A stretch of DNA of 64,000 bases, taken from contig BOKZ01000001.1 of NCBI GenBank assembly GCA_016861245.1, positions 487,006 through 551,005 of the forward strand, in the 5' to 3' direction. Numbering within the stretch: the first letter of the stretch is position 1; each line of letters begins with the position of its first letter. The stretch comes from Patescibacteria group bacterium. Its GTDB lineage: Bacteria; Patescibacteriota; UBA1384; 2-12-FULL-50-11. Under the pieces are notes generated by a model. The model saw only the letters and a list, made by a program, of their open reading frames with translations. It ran no database searches and was not told where the DNA came from. Positions 58,149-64,000 of the stretch are shown here, one piece after another. Both the position numbers and the translations under genes were made by a program.

Positions 58149-59681
58149 ATCGATTTCTTAGAGCAGGTTTGGTACGGCTACTTACAATCAAACTTAACCG
58201 ATGGGTCACGACTGTTGGGGATGATTTTCGATGTAGTCATCGTCAGTTTGCTCTCCTACGTTGTTTTTAAAGTTATTAACTCCCAGAAGGGGCTACGATT
58301 TTTTGGCTGGGTTGCAGCTGCTAGCGTTGTGCTAGTTGCGAGCAGTTACGTCGCTTTGCCGGCGCTACACCTACTTGCTCAAGCAGCGCTGGTCGTTCTC
58401 CTAGTAAGTTTTCCGATATTATTTCACCAAGAGTGGCAAGCAGTACTAGATAAAAATACTCAAGCGCCACCAACCGTCCCGCTTTCGCCCGCGATTCGGA
58501 TACTGTTAAGTATCGGTTTGGCTTTACTATTTGTGGGGATGACAGTCGGTTCGTCGACGAAAGTCGGCCAGCTCTCACAAGAAATACCGATAAAAGCTGT
58601 TAACGTGCCGGACGGGATGTCTGCACGTGTTAGTGGCGATCAACGCGTTACTATTTTAATTTCTGCACCGAGAGAAGATTGGCGTTCGGTTACTCCCGAA
58701 GCGTTCTCGGCTACCGTTGACGTCGCTAAGCAGTCTGAAGGAACGTATGATTTGGCTGTGACCGTCACCTCGAAAGTCGCCAGTGTTAAGATATTAAAAA
58801 TTAAGCCGTCACGAGCTTTTGTTAGCGTCGAGCCGGTTATCCGCAAGACCGTGCCGGTAACTGTCAAATACTCTGGGAAAGCTGGTGACGATTTGGTGCC
58901 GGGTGAAGCGAAAATTACTCCCGATAAAGTTGAGATATCTGGCGCTAAATCCTTAATCAACGATTTAACACAAGCTGTTGTCGCCGTGAAACTAAACGGC
59001 GAAGTAAAACCGATTGAACAAAAAGCCACACTCCGTGTGGAGAACTCCTCGGGCGAAACACTTGAGGGAGTGACTTTTACTCCGGCCGAGGTTGCGTTAA
59101 CGATTCCGCTCGTTAAGGCCGGAAAAGTAAAAACCGTTGGCATCAAACCAGTGTTGAGCGGTCAGCCTGCTACCGGCTTTTGGGTCAAGTCCGTTACTGT
59201 TTCTCCGTCAACTGTTTCTGTTACTGGTCCAGTCGAACAGCTGAGCCTTCTAACCGATGTACCGACAGCGCCGCTGACGATCACCGGTATTTCAGAAAAC
59301 ACCGAGCAGCAACTGGTTCTAAACCTACCAAGCGGTATCACCGTCGCTGATACCGTCACTAAAGTTAAAGTGACCGTAACGCTGGCCAAAACAGAAACGA
59401 CAAAATCAATTAATCCTGAGATAGTGTACGTTGGAATCGACCCGGCTTTGAAGCTAGCGAGTATCTCGCCAAACGCAATTACGGCAGTAGTTTCCGGCGC
59501 CAGCGATATACTTAACGGCTTAACCGGCGCTCAGATAAAGCTCAACCTTGATCTTTCGGCGTACAAATCGGCTGGTACTTACTCAGTTAATATTAAAAAC
59601 ACAAATTTCACACTGATTGACGGTGTTAGTTTGGTGAGCTTTCTTCCGTCAGCAATTGGTGTTACGTTAGAAAATAGATGA
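58149..59681 (+). CDS. CdaA N-terminal TM domain fused to CdaR (YbbR repeats); no DAC domain
   Basis: DVVIVSLLSY...ILFHQEWQAVL resembles the CdaA TM region; a further TM and YbbR repeats (P.KVEISGA, PSTVSVTGP) follow; probable ATC start after AGGAGG. Confidence 0.78.
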   Translation: MDFLEQVWYGYLQSNLTDGSRLLGMIFDVVIVSLLSYVVFKVINSQKGLRFFGWVAAASVVLVASSYVALPALHLLAQAALVVLLVSFPILFHQEWQAVLDKNTQAPPTVPLSPAIRILLSIGLALLFVGMTVGSSTKVGQLSQEIPIKAVNVPDGMSARVSGDQRVTILISAPREDWRSVTPEAFSATVDVAKQSEGTYDLAVTVTSKVASVKILKIKPSRAFVSVEPVIRKTVPVTVKYSGKAGDDLVPGEAKITPDKVEISGAKSLINDLTQAVVAVKLNGEVKPIEQKATLRVENSSGETLEGVTFTPAEVALTIPLVKAGKVKTVGIKPVLSGQPATGFWVKSVTVSPSTVSVTGPVEQLSLLTDVPTAPLTITGISENTEQQLVLNLPSGITVADTVTKVKVTVTLAKTETTKSINPEIVYVGIDPALKLASISPNAITAVVSGASDILNGLTGAQIKLNLDLSAYKSAGTYSVNIKNTNFTLIDGVSLVSFLPSAIGVTLENR

Positions 59682-60010
59682 AGCGGTTACGTTTCCTTGA
59701 GGGGATTAAGCATATTAAGTTAGCCAAAAGCGCTAGCTACGCTTTCTTAGGCGCGCTAGTGGTTTTGATCGGTACGTTCGCTGCCTGGCAATTTACCAAG
59801 ATCTTCTCGCCACAGACACTAATTAATAATAATGACCCCGTAATTATCATGAAAACCAGCGATCACGACATTAATAATAATCCACTTCCCAACTCAATAG
59901 CTGAGACAACTATTCCAGATTATGCCGATCAAGGTCAAGTTATAATGCTACCCATCATTAATGGGATAGTTCAGTTGCCACGAATTCAGGGAGAAATAAC
60001 GTTTCGATGA
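59678..60010 (+). CDS. Hypothetical single-TM protein
   Basis: ATGA overlaps with both neighbours; one hydrophobic helix. Confidence 0.6.
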   Translation: MKRLRFLEGIKHIKLAKSASYAFLGALVVLIGTFAAWQFTKIFSPQTLINNNDPVIIMKTSDHDINNNPLPNSIAETTIPDYADQGQVIMLPIINGIVQLPRIQGEITFR

Positions 60011-61491
60011 AGAGAATTTGGTTGAGTATTTTATTACTAGGTGCGGCTATTTTGTTTGGTGCGCTTACAAGTAAAACCGATTCAGTATCGGCCTATGCCC
60101 CACCGCCCGCCTCGAACTACTACGCTTTACGTGGAGGAATGAATTTAAAAATAGTTCTACCGCCACTATCGATTGTTAAGCCAAACAGAATGAGAATTGG
60201 TGTAGCGCCTGGCGTTCGCGAAGATTTTACATTTAACAGTGTTACCGGCCAAGTTACCAACGACACACCTCCAAGTGATATTTCAGTTACTACTACACGC
60301 GATACTTCGAATAGCTTCCCCGAAAGGCACAATTACGTAATTACGGTGCGTGGTTTTGTTTTAGGTGGCGGTGGTGATATCGCTCGCTACATTAAGCAGT
60401 TACATCAATTGTATTCGGCCTCAGCGAGCACTCCTCCACCGGCTGGTACCGTATGCGTTGTTGTCGACTGCTCCTCTGCGCCGTACGAACCTTACGAATA
60501 TAAATTAGATTACGCCGCACTGACGCGATCAAACGCCAAAAACTACGCTGACTGGTTGCGCGCAAACCCAACAGCTAACGATTACAATGTAATTTATCTA
60601 AGCGACAGAACGTGTGGCGCTATTAACATTGTGAGTGGTACTACTCTATGTATGAAAACAACCGCCAGACTCACTGTCCCAGGCTACCCGGCTACTAACC
60701 ACATACTCATTCAATCCATCCCTGTCTTCGGCGGGATTTCGGTTGAAGGTAACGTCGCTGGCACAGGAACAGTCAGCGGCTTCGTCTTTGACGAGAATTC
60801 ACCAAAAGCGATCGCGGTTGGTGGAGCAGTTAACTCAGGAGTTACTGGTGGTGCTGGTAATGTTCAGAATTACACTAACAACTCTACGGTTTTGAAATGG
60901 GATCCACCGGGCACGGTCGGCGCTCAGATCGCAAGTATTTATAATAATGCAAGCTCAAAGGCAGCAGAAGCGACGAATAACCCCCCTGATTTTAGCGGCG
61001 GTAACATCTATCTAAATGCAAGTAATCGTAACTTAAGGAACTCAGGCACGACTACGCTCAGTTCGCCACCGGAAGGGAAACTCTGGAAGATAAACGGTAA
61101 CACAACGTTCACTAACGTCACGATTAACGGCTCGGGCACGATTATGGTTAACGGTAATGTAACGATAAACAACAGTTTGCGTTGCGCGACTGGAGCACGG
61201 TTCGGTATTATTGCCACCGGCACAATTACGATTAACCTGGCGGCAGGTACAGGAAAAGTGGCCTGCGGTGCGTACGTTGCTCGGGGCGGTGATCTGATTT
61301 TCAGCGATGGGTTAAACAATCCCGATATCGCCTACGAAGCTCGAGGAATTTTTGTAACTCGAGGCAGTATCCAATTGCCTTCGATCGCTGATGACGTCGC
61401 GTTTAGAGTTAAATACGACAGCGCGTTCGCGGCTGATCCGACTGTTCTATTTAAAGAACTACTCTCAATTATCTTCTCCACCGTCTCCTAG
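60007..61491 (+). CDS. Secreted G/N/T-rich surface protein (beta-rich C-terminus)
   Basis: Signal peptide; Cys pairs; GTIMVNGNVTI, GIIATGTITI, GAYVARG, VKYD...P. Confidence 0.75.
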   Translation: MKRIWLSILLLGAAILFGALTSKTDSVSAYAPPPASNYYALRGGMNLKIVLPPLSIVKPNRMRIGVAPGVREDFTFNSVTGQVTNDTPPSDISVTTTRDTSNSFPERHNYVITVRGFVLGGGGDIARYIKQLHQLYSASASTPPPAGTVCVVVDCSSAPYEPYEYKLDYAALTRSNAKNYADWLRANPTANDYNVIYLSDRTCGAINIVSGTTLCMKTTARLTVPGYPATNHILIQSIPVFGGISVEGNVAGTGTVSGFVFDENSPKAIAVGGAVNSGVTGGAGNVQNYTNNSTVLKWDPPGTVGAQIASIYNNASSKAAEATNNPPDFSGGNIYLNASNRNLRNSGTTTLSSPPEGKLWKINGNTTFTNVTINGSGTIMVNGNVTINNSLRCATGARFGIIATGTITINLAAGTGKVACGAYVARGGDLIFSDGLNNPDIAYEARGIFVTRGSIQLPSIADDVAFRVKYDSAFAADPTVLFKELLSIIFSTVS

Positions 61492-61528
61492 CCTTATCAG
61501 CGCGGTTCATACCAAGTACAATAGTCGT

Positions 61529-62488
61529 ATGTTGATTGATAGCGTAGAGATTACAGTTCGCGCTGGCCGCGGCGGCAACGGCATTATCGCCTGGCGAAGA
61601 GAAAAATATGTTCCGTTTGGCGGTCCGGACGGCGGCGACGGCGGTCGCGGCGGTAGCGTTTACTTTGTTGGAAGTAATAACGTTGACACCCTTAGTTCCT
61701 TTCGGTACCGAAAGGTGTTTCAGGCTGCCGATGGAGAAAACGGTCGCAGTAAGCGACAACACGGACGCGCTGCCGAAGATTTAGAGCTGCTTGTACCACA
61801 GGGCACGGTTGTGATCGACGACGAATCAGGGAAGATATTAACGGATATTACCGAAGTCGGTCAGCGCTATCGAGTAGCTAAAGGTGGAGTTGGTGGCCTC
61901 GGCAACCCGCACTTCGCTACCGCTACCAACCAAAAACCCGAAGAACAGACTGACGGCAAGCCAGGTGAAGTAAAGAAAATTAGGCTCGAGCTCCAGCTGA
62001 TTGCTGACGCAGCCTTGGTTGGGAAGCCAAACGCCGGTAAATCCTCGATTATCTCTGCCTTAACAGGAGTTGAGGCTCGAATTGGCGCCTACGCATTTTC
62101 CACGACTGAGCCAGTGCTTGGAGTAATGAGAGGCGGTGACGAGACGATCACCCTCGTCGATTTGCCGGGTTTAATTGAAGGCGCCCATCGCGGTAAGGGT
62201 CTTGGCGACAAATTTCTCCAGCACTTGCGTCGAGTTAGCCAAATTATCCATGTTGTCGACGCAACCGAATCAGATATTAAAATTGCAATTTCCGAAATCG
62301 ACACTGAGCTTAAGGAATACGACCCAATTCTATTGGAAAAACCAAAAATACTCGTTTTGAATAAAATAGACTTGCTAAATCCCAAAGAACTCTCTAGCTT
62401 AAAAAAGAGCTTTTCGCAGGCACTATTTATTAGCGCCCAGGAGAAGATCAACCTCAACGATCTTCGCGAAGCTATCCAATCCAATTAA
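61529..62488 (+). CDS. obgE: GTPase Obg (no C-terminal domain)
   Basis: GGPDGGDGGRGG, GKPNAGKS, DLPGLIEGAH.GKGLG, NKID. Confidence 0.96.
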   Translation: MLIDSVEITVRAGRGGNGIIAWRREKYVPFGGPDGGDGGRGGSVYFVGSNNVDTLSSFRYRKVFQAADGENGRSKRQHGRAAEDLELLVPQGTVVIDDESGKILTDITEVGQRYRVAKGGVGGLGNPHFATATNQKPEEQTDGKPGEVKKIRLELQLIADAALVGKPNAGKSSIISALTGVEARIGAYAFSTTEPVLGVMRGGDETITLVDLPGLIEGAHRGKGLGDKFLQHLRRVSQIIHVVDATESDIKIAISEIDTELKEYDPILLEKPKILVLNKIDLLNPKELSSLKKSFSQALFISAQEKINLNDLREAIQSN

Positions 62489-62491
62489 CCC

Positions 62492-62521
62492 TTGACAACA
62501 GGTATATATACCGAGTAGACT
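62492..62521 (+). promoter_or_regulatory. rpoB promoter TTGACA-18-TAGACT with palindrome ggtatatatacc in the spacer
   Basis: Direct reading. Confidence 0.55.
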
Positions 62522-62642
62522 AACGATAAGTTAGTTGAGGTAATAAAGGAAGTGATAAATCGACAGAACAGTCGGCTAGTGATTTGCTCCGCTCGGAGTA
62601 ATTTTGTCACATCTAATAATAATTAAGGCAAGGGAGGCCAAG

Positions 62643-64000
62643 CTGCGTACAAATTTTCGCCCACTAGAAACCAATAATACGTTATCGAACCTCATTGAGG
62701 TTCAGCTCAAAAGCTATAACTGGCTATTTGAAGAGGGGATCGGTGAGCTCTTAAACGAGATTTCACCAGTTGAAGACTTTACCGGTAAACTTTTCACTTT
62801 AGAATTTACCGATTACTCGCTCGATAAAGCCAAGTACGACGAGAAAACAGCACGGTCAAAAAACCTTACCTACAAAGCGCCGCTCCGTTGTCAGATTAAA
62901 TTAACCAATAAACTCACCAAGAAGGTAAAAACTGCCGAAGTTTTCCTCGGTGATTATCCGCTCATGACCGAACGCGGCACGTTTATTATTAACGGCGTTG
63001 AACGCGTTGTTGTTTCACAGATCGTTCGCTCGTTCGGTGTCTTATTTGCAGCCGAGGAGCTAAGCGGCCGCAAGTTGTTTGGTGCTAAAATCATCCCAAA
63101 CCGCGGTGCTTGGTTAGAGTTTGAAACCAACTCGCGCGATGTTATTAGTGTGAAAGTCGACCGTAAGCGTCGAATTCCAATTACAACCTTCCTCCGAGCT
63201 GTCGGCAAATTCGACGACGAACAAATTAAAAAGTTGTTCAAAGATGTCGATACTAACCACGATCATCCGTTTATCGAATCGACGCTCGCACGCGACCCAG
63301 CTAAGACCTACGAAGAAGCAGTTGTCGAGGTTTATAAGCGAATTCGACCTGGTGATTTAGTAACACCAGAAACCGCTGAGACATTTATCCAGAATATCTT
63401 CTTTAACGCTAAGCGCTACGATTTAGGTCGCGTCGGACGCTATAAGATTAACCAACGTCTCGAAATGGATATTCCAAACACCGCCAAGAATCGAGTTCTG
63501 CGCGTTGAGGATATTATCGAAACAATCAAAGAAGTTATCCGTTTGAATAACACTCCAAAAGCCGAGGGCGACGACGTTGATCACCTTAAAAATCGTCGTG
63601 TTCGCGCCGTGGGTGAGCTAGTTCAGAACCGTCTCCGCGTCGGACTGCTCCGAATGGAACGTATTATTAAAGACCGAATGAGCCAAGTGGTTGATCCAGA
63701 AGACGTCAATCCGATTACGCTTATAAACAGCCGTCCGGTTGCTGCCGTTTTGCAAGAGTTCTTTGCCTCATCTCAGATGAGCCAATTTATGAACCAAACC
63801 AACCCGTTGGCGGAGCTGGAACATAAACGAACCCTCTCAGCTACCGGTCCTGGTGGAATCTCACGCGAACACGCCGGTTTTGACGTTCGTGATGTTCACC
63901 GATCGCACTACGGACGTATCTGCCCGATCACAACCCCAGAAGGTCAGAACATCGGTTTGGTCGGTTACTTAGCCGCTTCGGCTCGAGTAAATGAGTATGG
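62643..64000 (+). CDS. rpoB: RNA polymerase beta subunit (5' part; runs off the window edge)
   Basis: NLIEVQLKSYNW, GTFIINGVERVVVSQ, DDVDHLKNRRVRAVGEL, SQMSQFMNQTNPL, RDVHRSHYGRICPITTPEG; absent from the ORF track because it has no stop in the window. Confidence 0.96.
   Translation, partial: MRTNFRPLETNNTLSNLIEVQLKSYNWLFEEGIGELLNEISPVEDFTGKLFTLEFTDYSLDKAKYDEKTARSKNLTYKAPLRCQIKLTNKLTKKVKTAEVFLGDYPLMTERGTFIINGVERVVVSQIVRSFGVLFAAEELSGRKLFGAKIIPNRGAWLEFETNSRDVISVKVDRKRRIPITTFLRAVGKFDDEQIKKLFKDVDTNHDHPFIESTLARDPAKTYEEAVVEVYKRIRPGDLVTPETAETFIQNIFFNAKRYDLGRVGRYKINQRLEMDIPNTAKNRVLRVEDIIETIKEVIRLNNTPKAEGDDVDHLKNRRVRAVGELVQNRLRVGLLRMERIIKDRMSQVVDPEDVNPITLINSRPVAAVLQEFFASSQMSQFMNQTNPLAELEHKRTLSATGPGGISREHAGFDVRDVHRSHYGRICPITTPEGQNIGLVGYLAASARVNEY

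Overview
Gene-dense, reduced-genome bacterial chromosome segment in the standard code 11. The compact core genes, fermentative central-carbon cluster, CCA-less tRNAs and many orphan genes suggest Patescibacteria/CPR (inference). It carries translation genes (ychF, tsaE/tsaB, infC-rpmI-rplT, der, a def-fmt fusion, rpsP, khpA, trmD, rplY, infB, obgE), DNA repair and topology genes (two uvrA, uvrB, uvrC, nfo, rnhB, priA, gyrBA, a RuvC-like nuclease), a pentose-phosphate/glycolysis operon (ldhA-rpiB-rpe-tkt-fba-gap), envelope genes, RNase P RNA, five tRNAs and the 5' part of rpoB. The most notable observations are: (1) an unannotated ~200-nt structured RNA candidate at 28105-28308; (2) a class-II-like cobalamin riboswitch upstream of a DUF4430-type secreted protein; (3) a CdaA membrane anchor fused to CdaR/YbbR with no cyclase domain; (4) two translation-initiation modes, with many apparently leaderless ATG genes and several SD-led genes that appear to start at ATA/ATC/CTG; (5) a membrane-anchored degenerate Clp ATPase paired with a small membrane protein; (6) a tRNA-Gln 3'-end duplication with an anti-tRNA arm; and (7) a 40-bp palindromic tandem repeat. 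No CRISPR array, integrase or transposase was seen.
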